A stretch of 63,229 nt of DNA, counting the filler, from Ministeria vibrans ATCC 50519 (taxonomy: Eukaryota; Protista; Filasterea), in the NCBI GenBank assembly GCA_943704425.1. It is 4 parts of 4 records of this genome, joined end to end, with 100 filler letters (N's around TTAATTAATTAA, not from the genome) between each part and the next. Parts side by side here need not be neighbours in the genome. Positions count along the whole stretch, not along the records: positions 22,495 to 52,802 come from CALSCP010000113.1; 3 more parts are not named here. One strand, given 5' to 3'. The translations under genes and the position numbers were made by a program. Positions 26,217-39,200 of the stretch are shown in pieces. Each line of letters opens with the position of its first letter. Within the stretch, counting starts at the first letter, position 1. The notes under the pieces were generated by a model. It was not told the DNA's origin. It did no database searches and saw nothing but the letters and a program-made list of their open reading frames with translations.

Positions 26217-26850
26217 AGGTCTGGGCAGTATACTCAGAATAGCGCAATAATTCACAGAGAGTGAGAGAAAGAGAGTCAATAAAAAAACGTCAACGTCATC
26301 AGAAAGAAAGCGATGTTTTTTTTTCTGGTCAAGCCCCAATGAAAACGGACGAATTTGCAGCCAAAAGGCCAACGGGGTCGACGGAGGGATGTGGGTGGTA
26401 TGGTAGGATGCAGTGGCTCGGTGGCTTACTGGTTTTTGGGAGTGTGAGACTGTAAGTGAACTGTAAGTTCGGAAGATAAGATTGAGAGTTTGCTCGCAAC
26501 ACAAAAGAGGAGCAAGCTCGCTGGAAGGGTGGTGTAGCCTTTTAGGGTTATAAGGGGAGGGGTGGAGAAGGACCCGTCGACGTTTTTTTCCTGTTTTCCG
26601 TATCAAAAAAGAACGATAATAATTCTGAACTCGATATTCGATCTGAATTTCAAACCATTCTCAACCTGAATAATAACGAGTCAAACTCATTTTCTCATGC
26701 GACAAAAAAAAATCGAGAGAGAGAAGATCAGAGAGAGAGAGAGAGAGGCTGAGAGAGAGAGCACGCGCAGAGAAGGGTTGGCTGATTAAATGCATGGCCA
26801 GACACAATAATTATTATATTATAAAGGCTCTGCAGCAAAGTGCTTCACGA

Positions 26851-27087
26851 GTGTAGAGTGTGTGTAACACGTCTGAATAACAATCGTATAGTTCATGTCA
26901 ACCATGACTCATGTGTCCTGTGTAGAGTGTGTGTAACACGTCTGAATAACAATCGTATAGTTCATGTCAATCATGACTCATGTGTCCACGTCTGAATAAC
27001 AATCGTATAGTTCATGTCAATCATGACTCATGTGTTCACGTCTGAATAACAATCGTATAGTTCATGTCAATCATGACTCATGTGTCC
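26851..27087 (+). repeat. Minisatellite, 4 units of 50/69 bp, each with a TGACTCA site
   Basis: Unit acgtctgaataacaatcgtatagttcatgtcaa(t/c)catgactcatgtgtcc; reverse-complement array at 35817-36030. Confidence 0.95.
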
Positions 27088-27200
27088 ATCAGCAGAGTGA
27101 TCACTGATCACTGATCAGCCATCTTTTTTCCCAGCCCTTTCCCTTGCACGTGGTTGCCACTCACCGTTACTACCGTGGTACTTTGCCACCGCGTCTGGTG

Positions 27201-30200
27201 ATGGAGAACTGGGAGCCCGAGAGCGAATGGCTCAATAACATTTTGTCACTACTCGTTCAGTCACAGAGCGCAAACAACGAAGCCCACAGACACGTCCAGG
27301 AGGTACACCCCTTCACATCAGCTGGTGTTGCACCTGTGATGGCGCCCTTGGTCAATCGCTCTTTGCCATTCTCTATCGCTTTTTTTTTTTTTCTCTTTTC
27401 CTTCACCTTTCATCGTCTGCACTTTTTGACGAAAATGACAAAAACGGCTGTTGATTGCGTGCGATTGGCGGGACGGCCTTGATCACCGGCGTAGTTGTGT
27501 GATGCCGAGCAGCCCGTCGCCTGCACTGCGTGCGTTCCAGACGAGGTCGAAATTGGTCGCGTGAATAGGAACAGAGAGAAAAAAAGAGAGAGAAAAAAAA
27601 AGGAATTCAGTCTGTTACGGACATCTGCGAGGGTGTGAGGGCGCTCTGTGCGTTCCATCCCGTAGACATGCAGTCTGCACTGTGCATTGCGTGCTCGTTG
27701 GATCCAGTGTCGTCGTGCGTCTCTCGTTGGATTTCAAATATTGACTCGTCTCGTTTTTTTTTTTTCTCCCTTTCCAGCAATTCAATCAGCTCAGCTCGTT
27801 TCCGCTCTTTAACAATTATGTAAGGAAATGCTTATGATGCAAGAAACGACGGAAGGAAGGAGGCCACAGGCGAATCTGACTCTCTCGTTGTGTCTCCTGA
27901 CAGCTCATTTACATTCTGGTGAAACTCTCCGAAGTGGACGAGGCAACGCGTGCGCTCAGTGGTCTGATCCTCAAGAGCAATGTGAAGACTAGCTTTGCAG
28001 CCTTTCCCGTTGAAGGTACATATGTATACTGTTTTATTTCTTCTTCTTCTTTTGTGTGTGTTTCTCAGTGTTGGATAGTTCTTTCTTCGTGTGTTTCTGA
28101 TCCTGTTTCTGACTGCACTTTTGCGTTGCTATCTCGTCCGTTCTTGATCGTTGCTCTTTTTTTTGTTTCTCTTATTTGGTGCTGTCGCTCACCCGTGTGT
28201 CCCTCTCTTTACCGTTTCAGTCGCTGAGTACATCAAACAGCTGTGCTTGCAACACATTGGCGACCCACATATGCTGGTGCGGGCCACCATCGGCACTCTT
28301 ATCACCACCATCGTCTGCATTGGCGGTCTCCAATCCTGGTCCGATCTCCTCCCAACCCTCATGCAACAAATTTCGTCTAACGGTATCCACAAACAAAATA
28401 CTACGCTAAATTATTTCTACATCATTCCTGACTCCAACTTTTCGTACTATTGGTATCTATCCTCAGAATACACTGTGGTCGAAGGCGCATTTGGTGCACT
28501 CCAGAAGATCTGCGAAGACTCGTCGACGCAACTGGAGCTGGACCCATCTCAGCCGCTCAACGTGATGATTCCCGCCTTTTTGCAGTTTTTCCAGAATGGC
28601 GAGCCGTCAATTCGAGCACATGCTCTCACCTGCATCAATCAGTTTGTCATGCGCAGTCCACCAGCTCTCATTGAGAATATGAGCATGTTTGTTGAGGTGA
28701 GATGGAACCCCTCTTTTACAAAAAAAAAGAAGAAAAAAGACAAAAACACGAAACAAAATGAAAATTATTACAATAATAAATTGATTTTACTTAATTTTGT
28801 TTATTCATCATCTTTCTTCACTTGAATAGGGATTGTATACGATGGCGGTGGACGCGGACTCGACAGTGCGCAAGAATGTGTGTCAGGCACTGGTGATGCT
28901 GGTGGAGGTTGGGGTGGAGCATTTGATGCCACAGATGGACAATGTGATCCAGTACATGCTGCACACGACGCAGGATGCCGATGAGAATGTGGCCCTAGAG
29001 GCGTGTGAGTTTTGGTTGGCCGTCGCCGATCTCGAGGAGTGTGGGAGGATTTTGGCCAATTATGTGTCGGCGTTGGTGCCCATTTTGCTCAATGGCATGC
29101 GCTACTCGGAGCACGACTTGGCAATGCAGTCCTTAGATGACGACGACGCACACGTGCCCGACCGTGCCTCGGACATTCGCCCGCGCTTTGCCAAGTCGCG
29201 CACGCACGCAAGTGGCGGTGGTGGTGGTGGCAATCAGGAGTGGAGTGACGGAACTGAGGCGGGTGGGGGCGACGATGATAGCGACGACGACGACGATGGG
29301 ACGGACGACGGCAGTGAACTGTCCCACTGGAATCTGCGCAAGTGCTCGGCGGCTGCACTCGATGTGCTCTCGACTATTTTCACCACAGAGTTGCTCGAGC
29401 CATTGCTACCGTTGCTAAGCGAGAAGCTTCAGAGCACGTCGTGGCCCGACAAGGAGTGTGGCATTCTGGCACTGGGTGCCATTGCGGCCGGCTGCTCCGA
29501 GCTCATCTACCCGCACCTGACGAACCTGGTGCCTTTCTTGCTTGAGTCGCTGTCGGATCAGCGAGCGCTGGTGCGCAGCATCACTTGCTGGACACTGTCG
29601 CGCTACTGCAAGTGGGTGGTGGTACACAGCGGTGACCCGGCCTACCTCCAAGAGCTCATGCGCCGTCTGTTGCAATGCATTCTGGACCGCAACAAGCGTG
29701 TGCAGGAGGCGGCGTGCAGTGCGTTTGCGACGCTCGAAGAGGAGGCTTGCGTCGAGCTAGTGCCTTTTCTCAGCGACATTTTGCAGACGCTAGTGCAGGC
29801 GTTTGAGTTGTATCAGCACAAGAACCTGATGATTCTGTACGATGCCATTGGTACGCTTGCCGACTCGGTCGGTGGCAACCTCAGTCTGCCACGCTACATT
29901 GAACTTCTCATGCCGCCCATTCTGCGCAACTGGCAGAACCTCGGAAACGCCGACCCCGACCTTCTGCCCGTTCTTGAGTGTCTCAGTTCGCTTGCGGCTG
30001 CCTTTGGCATGGGATTTCTGCCGTACGCGCCGCAAATCTTTACGCGCTGCGTCCAAATCATCGAGGGCACGCTGGTTGCGGCGGCACTTGCCGAGCAAGA
30101 CGAGTCGCAGACGATGCCAGAGAAAGATTTCATGATCACCGCACTGGACCTTCTCAGTTCGATTAGCGACGGCCTCGAGTGTAACGTCGAGTCACTGGTG

Positions 30201-30673
30201 GACCCACAACACAGCAACTTGCTCGAGCTCCTCTACCGTTGCATGCAAGACCCCATCCCGGAGGTGCGTCAGTCGGCGTTTGCCCTTCTGGGCGACATCA
30301 CCAAGGCGTGCTTCTCGCATGTGCAGCTCTTTGTCGGCAACTTTCTTCCCATCCTCACTCAAGTAACAAAATAGACTCCACTTATGCGTGCTTCTGTGAA
30401 GGGCATTTGAACGTTTTATGAATTTTTTTTTGTTTTCTTGTAGAATGTCGATCCTCTGTCTCTGACCGACCCCGCCTGTGTCTCTGTCTGTAACAATGCA
30501 TCGTGGGCCATTGGCGAGATTGCGCTTAATGTGCAGTCGGGCATGCAACCGTACGTGCCCGACCTGCTTGCGCGCCTCATTGCCATTCTCGCTGGCGCCA
30601 AGAACAAAACTCTCCTTGAGAATGTTGCCATTACAACGGGACGTCTCTCTCTCGTGTGTCCTCAGGTAGAAGA

Positions 30674-30704
<31 letters not shown>

Positions 30705-30851
30705 ATGTGTGTGTGTGAGTCTGACTATTCTCTGCTAGGAAATCGCCCCGTCTCTGGGAGAATTCATTCTGCCGTGGTGCAAGTCAATGCGACAGATTCG
30801 CGACAACACCGAGAAATACGACGCTTTCAGAGGCGTTTGCCAACTCATCAA
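27201..30851 (+). CDS. TNPO1: Transportin-1 (karyopherin beta-2); multi-exon, 3' end lost in gap 31015-31651
   Basis: [33 protein letters not shown], acidic H8 loop then [61 protein letters not shown]. Confidence 0.97.
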
Positions 30852-30960
30852 GTACTATACTATTTGAATTTTTGCGTGTCTTGTGTCATCCACTCACACA
30901 CACTCACCCTCTCTCTATAACTTTGTTTCTCTCTATCACTTTGTTTCTCTCTATTACGTC

Positions 30961-31014
<54 letters not shown>

Positions 31015-31830
31015 NNNNNNNNNNNNNNNNNNNNNNNNNNNNNNNNNNNNNNNNNNNNNNNNNNNNNNNNNNNNNNNNNNNNNNNNNNNNNNNNNNNNNN
31101 NNNNNNNNNNNNNNNNNNNNNNNNNNNNNNNNNNNNNNNNNNNNNNNNNNNNNNNNNNNNNNNNNNNNNNNNNNNNNNNNNNNNNNNNNNNNNNNNNNNN
31201 NNNNNNNNNNNNNNNNNNNNNNNNNNNNNNNNNNNNNNNNNNNNNNNNNNNNNNNNNNNNNNNNNNNNNNNNNNNNNNNNNNNNNNNNNNNNNNNNNNNN
31301 NNNNNNNNNNNNNNNNNNNNNNNNNNNNNNNNNNNNNNNNNNNNNNNNNNNNNNNNNNNNNNNNNNNNNNNNNNNNNNNNNNNNNNNNNNNNNNNNNNNN
31401 NNNNNNNNNNNNNNNNNNNNNNNNNNNNNNNNNNNNNNNNNNNNNNNNNNNNNNNNNNNNNNNNNNNNNNNNNNNNNNNNNNNNNNNNNNNNNNNNNNNN
31501 NNNNNNNNNNNNNNNNNNNNNNNNNNNNNNNNNNNNNNNNNNNNNNNNNNNNNNNNNNNNNNNNNNNNNNNNNNNNNNNNNNNNNNNNNNNNNNNNNNNN
31601 NNNNNNNNNNNNNNNNNNNNNNNNNNNNNNNNNNNNNNNNNNNNNNNNNNNTGGCCGCAACACGTCTTTGGCTCGAGAGACCCGTGTGAAACGATGGTGA
31701 CAGATCACCCTAAATAAAAGAGAGTACAATTTTTAATCATTTACCTCGTATAATCGTGTGACTGTATCATTAATAAATGGGTTGTATTCTTCTTCTAAAT
31801 CATATTCATTTACGTTTCTTCATCTCAAAC

Positions 31831-32897
31831 ATGGCATCATCGCGTCTCATATCCAAGTTTGTGGCTGGCACTAAAGCGGGTCCGTTTGTCCGTCTTATTG
31901 GATCGCTTGACTGCAAAGGAAAGGTTCGACCTGCAAACAACAACAAAAACGCAACCTTCGCTCTATCCGACTAATTTCTCGATCTGTGTCGTAGGGAACG
32001 AACCACGACGTTGCCGATGTCGACCCCGTTGTGCTGTGCGACGACTCCGGTCTTATCGAAGGCGCGGGAAAGGTACCGATCACTCGCGACAGTGCACACT
32101 ATTTTGTCCGAGTGCTATTTTGATCACAATGCGGCGTGATTTGACCGGTCGGTGTGTTGCAGCCTCCCTTCGGAATGCACCCGCACCGCGGCCTCATTGC
32201 CATCACGTACATCTTGCAAGGATCGTTTTCGGACGAGGACAACATTGAAGGGCCCAGTGAGGCGCTCAACATGAAAGGCGGCGTGTACGCTGTGTCGGCC
32301 GGACGTGGCTGTGCGCACGACGAGCGCACCGCCGACCCTGGTGTGAATCGCGCTGTGCAAACCATTGTGCGCATTCCACAGCCGTTGCTCCACCTCCCAC
32401 CCCAAACTGTCAAAGTAGCGGAGGAGGCCATGCCAGTGCACTCAACCGACAGCGCCTCGTACAAAGTGGTCGTGGGCGAAGGCAGCCCCACTCGCCTGCC
32501 TGCCTTTCCCGACTTCACGCTGCTCCACGCGACCGTTTCGGTGGGCGGACGCCTGTCGTTGCCCATCCCCGCCGCCCACACCCACGGATATGCGTATGTG
32601 CTGGCGGGCGCGGGTGAGATTGGTGGGCGTTCCGACATGAGTGCAGCAGTGCCCGGCCTAGGTCTTTTTGATGCACACGGCGACATTCTCTCAATCGCCA
32701 ACACAAGCGATGTGCCTCTTGAAGTTCTTGTAGGCGCCGGTGCGCCGCTCCACGACGAACCCTGGGTGAAGTTGCTGGGTCACAACGGTTTCATCATTGC
32801 CGAGTCGGAAGCGAACGCTGAGCGCATTATGCGTGTGATTGACACTGTTGGTGTCCGCGACTTTTCGTATGCGCACGAGAAAATGAAAGACTTGTAA
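31831..32897 (+). CDS. Pirin-like bicupin; 3 exons
   Basis: DVDPVVLCD; PPFGMHPHRGLIAITY and AGRGCAHDE supply the His-His-His-Glu metal ligands; GAPLHDEPW...NGFI. Confidence 0.88.
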
Positions 32898-33159
32898 ATA
32901 TGATCCGTCGTCTTAAAGTTTTTTTTTTAAAATGATACGGTAATAATTTCGTTGATTCACTCTTTGGCCCATGTTTGGAAGTGAGCGGGAACTTTCTCAT
33001 GCTCATACAAAATGCTCAGTTCTCTCACAATCGCACCCTCACTCTTTCCCTCGCGCAACATTGCACTCCGCACACACTCGTTGTACACACTCTTCCACTT
33101 CGTTTGCGTGGTGACTGTATCATTAATAAATGGGTTGTATTCTATTTTTTATTGTGCTT

Positions 33160-35512
33160 TTACTGTGTTTGTTCGCCCGACTCGGAGCTGTTCTCTTCGG
33201 CCGAATCACGCACGACTTGCTCAAAAGAGACGAGAAGATCCTCAAACAAAATTGACTCAAGAAATCTAATATCGTCTTCGACTGAACGAAAAACACACAC
33301 ACATTAGTGGAGGTTAAAGTATTTTGGTGTGATTTGTATACCTTGCGTGAGGTAAGGAAGTTCGGGCTCACGGGCGAGCTCAGCAAGGAAGCGCACAAGG
33401 GAAGCAGCGGCGACGGATCGCCAGTAGCACCGCTCGGTAGAGTCATCGGCGCGTGCGGTGAAGCGAGCCCGGTCAATGGCAAATGGATTTGGGGGTGGAG
33501 GTTGGACGCAGAGGAAGACAATTTCGGAGACAATCTGCCAGGCACGCACGTCCATTGACTCCCACGCGAGCACAGAGGGGAACATCAAGGGTCGGTCGCG
33601 CGACGCTTGAGCCCTCTCGCGCGGCGAAGTGAAGTCGCTGGGAGGTCGTTCATGATCAGAGGCGGTCATATGCATGTGCTGATTGGGCGGGAAAAAGCGA
33701 CGGTGGTTGGAGCGAAGCCAGACGTACGGGCAGCGATACTTGGCATAACCGGCGATCATGAAAAGAGTCTCGTCAAAGCGAGACATGTCGTCGGCAGACT
33801 CGGAGCCACTTGGGGAGTGGGGCAGGGCGTCGGGGACATTGTCAGACTGGGTGGCGGACACTGTTGCGTCGACGAGAGGATTGGCGGTGATAAGCGCAAG
33901 AGGATCGGACACAAACTGTTGTTGTTGTTGTTTTAATGGTGGTGGTGGGGGGTGGTTGAGAAGCGAGTCGGTGTTGTCGACGGCAACAAGGAGCTCTTCG
34001 CGGCCGCGGAGGTGGCAGCGGAAGTAGTGAAAGCCCTCGAGGCAGCCGAGACGGAAGCACTCGGCGAGGAAGATGGGAAGACGGTTCTCGGGAGGAAGGA
34101 GAAGGCCGGAGCGGGGGCTGGTGTTGGTGTTGGCGTTGGTGTTGGTGTTGGAAGTGGTTGAGTGAATGGGTTGGCGGGGGGAAATGCCGGAGCGCGGAGA
34201 GTGGAAGCGGGAGGTGCTGCGGGGACTAGTGCCGAGCTGAAAGACGCCGGCTGGGGCGGATTCGCGACGGGTAAAAGAGGAGGGGGAGCGCGGAGAGGCG
34301 ATGGGGGAGTAGCGGGGCGCACGATCGCGGCCAGGGGAGATGATGGGGGCGGGCTTGGTACCGTCGGAAGCCGAGGCGGTGCGTGGGGAGCGGGGCGAGT
34401 GCTGTGCCGAGTGGTGGTGCATTGGCAGCGGTTTGATGGCATCTGATGACTCATCAATGCTTGTGGTAGGTTTGCTGGTAAAGCGTGCGACGGGGGGTGA
34501 TGAGACTTTGCGGCTGAGTGTGTTGGTGCGCGGTGGAGACGCGAGATTCTGATGGGACTTGGATGTGTGGTGTTGGAGATGCGACGGCTGCTGCTGCAGT
34601 GCGGAATGCCGATACGAATGGGTGGAGTGCGTCGAGAGATCTTCCATGGAGACGGAGGAGACGGAGCGACCCTCATAGAAGAGACTGCGCGGAGTGCCTG
34701 GCGGTGATGGAGCCACGTAGAGCCCACTGGTGCTGCCGAGACGAGGCGAGCTGAGAACCTCTGCTCGCGACAGTCGAGTGGTGCTACCCAGAGACATGCG
34801 GCGTGTCGTTGAAGGCTATGGCGCATGAAAAACAAGACAGTCAAAAGAAAAAAGAAAAAAAAGAAAAAACGACTCCTTCTTTGTTTGTTACCCTTGGTGA
34901 CCATTCAGATTCGTCGAGAGTCGCTCTCGGCGAAGGGGTTCCTCTGCTTGGCGACGAATGGCCCGATTCGGCTACGGATGTCTCTGAAATGGTTCTTGTT
35001 GGGTGTGAATTCGAATGTGCGCCGGGAAAGGACGCAGCCAAGTCGGTTGACAGCGACAGTGTTCTTCTCGCTGTGGCGTGTGGGGGGGGCTGCGAGACGG
35101 ACGCCGGCGGGAGGGTTGACGCCTGAGCAAGAGCTGCAGCGGAAATGGGCAGCGTGTGATCGACAGAGAGTCGTCTGGGCGAGGGAGGAGCCTGTCGTGT
35201 TGAGAGGGGCACCACTGAAGTTTGCGACGCTTGCATTGGCGAGGCACTTGGGCTGCGTACGTCGACGCTGACGGTCAGATTGGTGCTGCGCCGCCGCTCC
35301 GAATAACCACCACTCCCGGGCGAAGCTTGGTGTGGCGCGGTCGTCGTCGATGGTGGCGTGGTCGGCGAGGAGACACTGAGTGGCGCGACTGCCGTCGTTT
35401 GATAGGCGGCGGAAATGGTGGCACGCATCGCTAAATTGGACGCATTTGCAGGCGTACTCACCAGGCCAGACAATTCGCCTGCCGGATGACCGCCTTTCAG
35501 AGTTGGTTCCAT
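33160..35512 (-). CDS. Uncharacterised protein with long Ser/Pro-rich N-terminus and a conserved-looking C-terminal domain; 3 coding exons
   Basis: FLAECFRLGCLEGFHYF..HLRGREELL; DETLFMIAGYAKYRCPYVWLRSNH; WESMDVRAWQIVSEIV..PPPPNPFAID; introns ~34816-34891 and ~33282-33341. Confidence 0.75.
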
Positions 35513-35816
35513 CGTACTGACAAAATATTAGTGTACATGTGTGAATTATTATTATTATTTTAGTACCATAGGACAAGTGCACAATAAATGATACCGCAAG
35601 TGTCCGCAACTTATTACTTACGCATTAGCGCATGCTGGCCATGCTCTGACAGCTTTGTCGGGCAGTCAAACCGGAGTGTTACAGTGAGTCGAGTCTCGAG
35701 TCTCGACGATTTTGAATTAAGATAATTCCGTTGATCAGACTATCGTCTTATTTGTCTATCAAGGACTCGCGTACTAAGTACTTGCGGGTTCGACAATCGA
35801 CACGAGTTTGTCAAGC

Positions 35817-36030
35817 GACACATGAGTCATGGTTGACATGAACTATACGATTGTTATTCAGACGTGGACNNNNNNGGACACATGAGTCATGGTTGACATG
35901 AACTATACGATTGTTATTCAGACGTGGACACACACTCTACACAGGACACATGAGTCATGGTTGACATGAACTATACGATTGTTATTCAGACGTGTTACAC
36001 ACACTCTGCACAGAACACATGAGTCATGAT
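35817..36030 (-). repeat. Second array of the TGACTCA minisatellite, containing a 6-N gap (probably collapsed)
   Basis: gacacatgagtcatggttgacatgaactatacgattgttattcagacgtg repeated; reverse complement of 26851-27087. Confidence 0.95.
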
Positions 36031-36283
36031 TACAACATACTCAAGCAGTTTATGACACCCACTTGGAATACAACGCAAAATTGAAATTGCCAATCCTCAT
36101 TAGTCATCACACTCAAATACATAATAAAACACACAATAATTAAAAAGGATACTATTAACCATAATAGTCTGTATAACGTCGAAACAAAACAAGGTCTTTT
36201 TCTTATACTCTTCTCTCTTCTTCTCTCTCTTTCTATCTAGTTTCTATCACTCTCCCTCTCTATCTATCTATCTCTCTTTCTCC

Positions 36284-39200
36284 TCATTCTTGGTTGCGGT
36301 TCTTCATCTGTGCAATAAACTCGTCCACCTTGGCCGAGTCAACGTCTCCCATGGGTTCAACTAAAAGAATACACTTCAAAACCAAACCAACAGTTCCTGC
36401 TTTCTTACTCTGTTCAACAGCCAAACGCCCCGTCTCATTCAGCAACTCCATCAACTCATCCAACTTGCGCTGTTCCTTCATAAACTCTGCCTTGTAGTGG
36501 GCTTCAGTGGCTTCACCATCCTCATCACCCGCACCACCAGCTTCGTCTCCCTCTCGCTCCTCATCCCCCGACGTCCAATCATCATCTTCATCATTCCTAC
36601 ACACACACGCACAAAAAGAAAGATAGAAAGAGAAACAAAGTGATAGAAACAAAGTGATAGAAGCAAAGTGATAGAAGCAAAGTGATAGAAACAAAGTGAT
36701 AGAAACAAATTGAGAGAGAATCAGCAATGCACATCATCAACCACACTTCCCTTACATGTACACTCCACTCCTCTGCACTTCACCCTCTACGCCCTCCTCC
36801 TCTTCCTCTGAATTCGTGTCTGACTTGCTGCCCCATCCGCCTCCCTGAATCGCCTCACTCCGCTTCTCGTGGTCCTCCTTGTCATCCTCATAGTAGCCAC
36901 TCGCAAAAGCAGTCTCAAGCGCATCCTTGACATCCCTCAAAAGTGCTCGACAGTCTATTGTTTTTTTTTTTGTACAGACAAGGTGTTGGTCGCTCAAAAT
37001 GAATTTCCCTTTCTTTCCATCATACCTCTTCGACCGATGTGTCCACCAATGCGCGACCCAATCAGTGCTTTGAGACTCCGCAGAAACTTTGCATTCATTC
37101 CCACATCAGCCACAATCGATCGCTATCATACAAAATTTAATGCCCACCCAGCGTTAATAAAAATAATTAATGCTCTCAGACTGACCTGTTGACGAATAAG
37201 CTGACACGACAAATGAGGTACATAGGCCATCATGCTCTCATCAAAACTGCCACCAGGAATCCTCTCCATGGTGGTGTAGAGGAAACGCGACAGTTCGTTG
37301 ATGCACGTGTTGACAAGCACCTGCTGGCGCGGGCCCACGGTCGTCTTGCCGTGTCCTTCCAACTGCAGACCTTCAAAGTCCCCCACGTCGTCCATGCGCC
37401 AGTTGCCTTCTTCGTCCGAGGTGCTCTCTTCTTGATCTTCGGCTGCCTTCTCTCCGGCGTCGCTCTTGGTCTTCTTCTGCGCCGCCGTGCTCTTCTTCGT
37501 GTCCACAGTGCGTCGTCGTCGTCGACGACGCTTGCCACCACCTCCTTCTGCCTGCTCCTCATCGTTGTTGTTGTCGGTGTCGGTGGATGAGGCTGTGGTC
37601 GACGACTCGTCGTGAGGCACAGCTGCCACCGCGGACTTGCGAGATGTACCCGTATCTGTGGCACGACTTGACGAGGGCGACACAGACTCGGAGTAGTCGT
37701 GTTCCGTGCCGCGTGACGGCGAATCCCCCAAAGGCGCGCGTCCCTTGTTGTTGCTGCTGCTACGATGCACGGGCATGGCATGTCCACTCACGCGCAGTCC
37801 CAGAGCCTCGTGGCGCGTCTCTTCTTCTTTCTGTTCGTCGTCGTCGTCGTCTGCTTCTCCCTGTTCGTCCTCCTGTTGTCCAGCGTCTTCTTCGTCCACT
37901 TCTGCCTCGACACCACCCAAATCATCGTCCTGTTCCTCCTCATCCTCATACGACTCCACCGTGTACGTCCCATCGCTCACCGACGATGCCATCTCCCCTT
38001 GCGACTGCGACGGCAGTGGCTCGTCGCTGAGCACTGAGCCCACAATGCGCGAAAGCTGGTGAAGTGCCTCCTGACGGCGCGCGTCGGTGTCAAGGCACTG
38101 CAACAGACGAAAGAACTGCAGCAGGAAGTACGGTCGATGGTCGTTGACGGAAATGCCAAGTGCCACATTGCGGTAGACATCGTCCTTGACCGTGTCAAAC
38201 GACTCCTCTGTCACCGTCTCACCCACCCCGCCAGACAGACGCGTCTCCTTGCGCCGTGCCTCCACCACACTTGCATCGTCGAGATCGCGCGTGTCACCAC
38301 TGTCAACGGTCGCCGCCCGTGACGATCGACTCACACTCATCTTTGATGTGTCTTGTGCGCGGGCACGCAGCATCGCCTCTGCGCCAGGCGCACGCAGACT
38401 CATCACATGTTCGTCCTCGTTTTCCATCACCGGCTTCTTCTTGCGGCGCGGTGGAGCCACGGGTACACCGGTAGAAGTAGCTGCTCCACCACCACCACCA
38501 GTCGGGCTCTCAGCTTCGTCTCGTTCGCGACGCCACAAGACACGGAAAAACTCTTCCTTTTCGTGTTCGGGCAATTTGTTGCCGTACGCAATAGCCTGAC
38601 GCAAAAACGCGTCTTGGTCCACCTCGTCACGCTGTGTGCCTGTACTTGTCTCGGCCGCGGCCGCCTCGGCCTCCTCTTGCGCCAAAACTGCTTCACTGGC
38701 AAGCTCCATTTCACGCTTGAGGCGGTCCGCCTCCTCACGCAACGCCGACAGCTGCTCGAGTTTGTCATTGAGATCTTCCATGAGTTCGGTGCGTTCGTCC
38801 TGTTCCGTTGCGAGTGTGCCCTTGGCGGCCGTGGGCACGGGTGGTGGAGGGTTGCGACGCGTGGGCGATCGTCTGACTTGTGCCGTCGTTGTGTCGTCAG
38901 GAAGCTCCGTAATGCGGGCGCGCTGTGGTGGCGACGAAGAAGACCAGTGGCGTTGTGCAGGAAGCGGGGGCGCGGCGCGCACAGGAACAGGGCCAGGACG
39001 TCGTTGGCTGTCTATTGCACCAGCAGAGGCGGCGATGGCGGCGCTGCCACTGTGTACCTCGCTGAGTTGTGTGAGGTGTTCAAGAAGGCGACGCTGCTCA
39101 CGCAACTGCGTGATGAGATCCAGTGCAGTCTTGGCCGCTTCGGGGTTGCGCTCAAAGTCACCAATGGCAATAGCTTCCATTTGGTCCAACTCGTCGGCAC

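Noticed and set aside
26851-27087. Possible CRISPR-like array
   Set aside because: Units are contiguous with no unique spacers, there are no cas genes and the context is eukaryotic
30860-31729. ORFs running through N gaps (also 45767-47648) and through (CA)n or (GA)n tracts
   Set aside because: Artefacts of gaps and microsatellites; the CFAP65 ORF end at 47130 is not real
35780-35800. GGTTCGA T-loop-like motif (also at 31923)
   Set aside because: No cloverleaf can be formed; no tRNA or rRNA is supportable in this window
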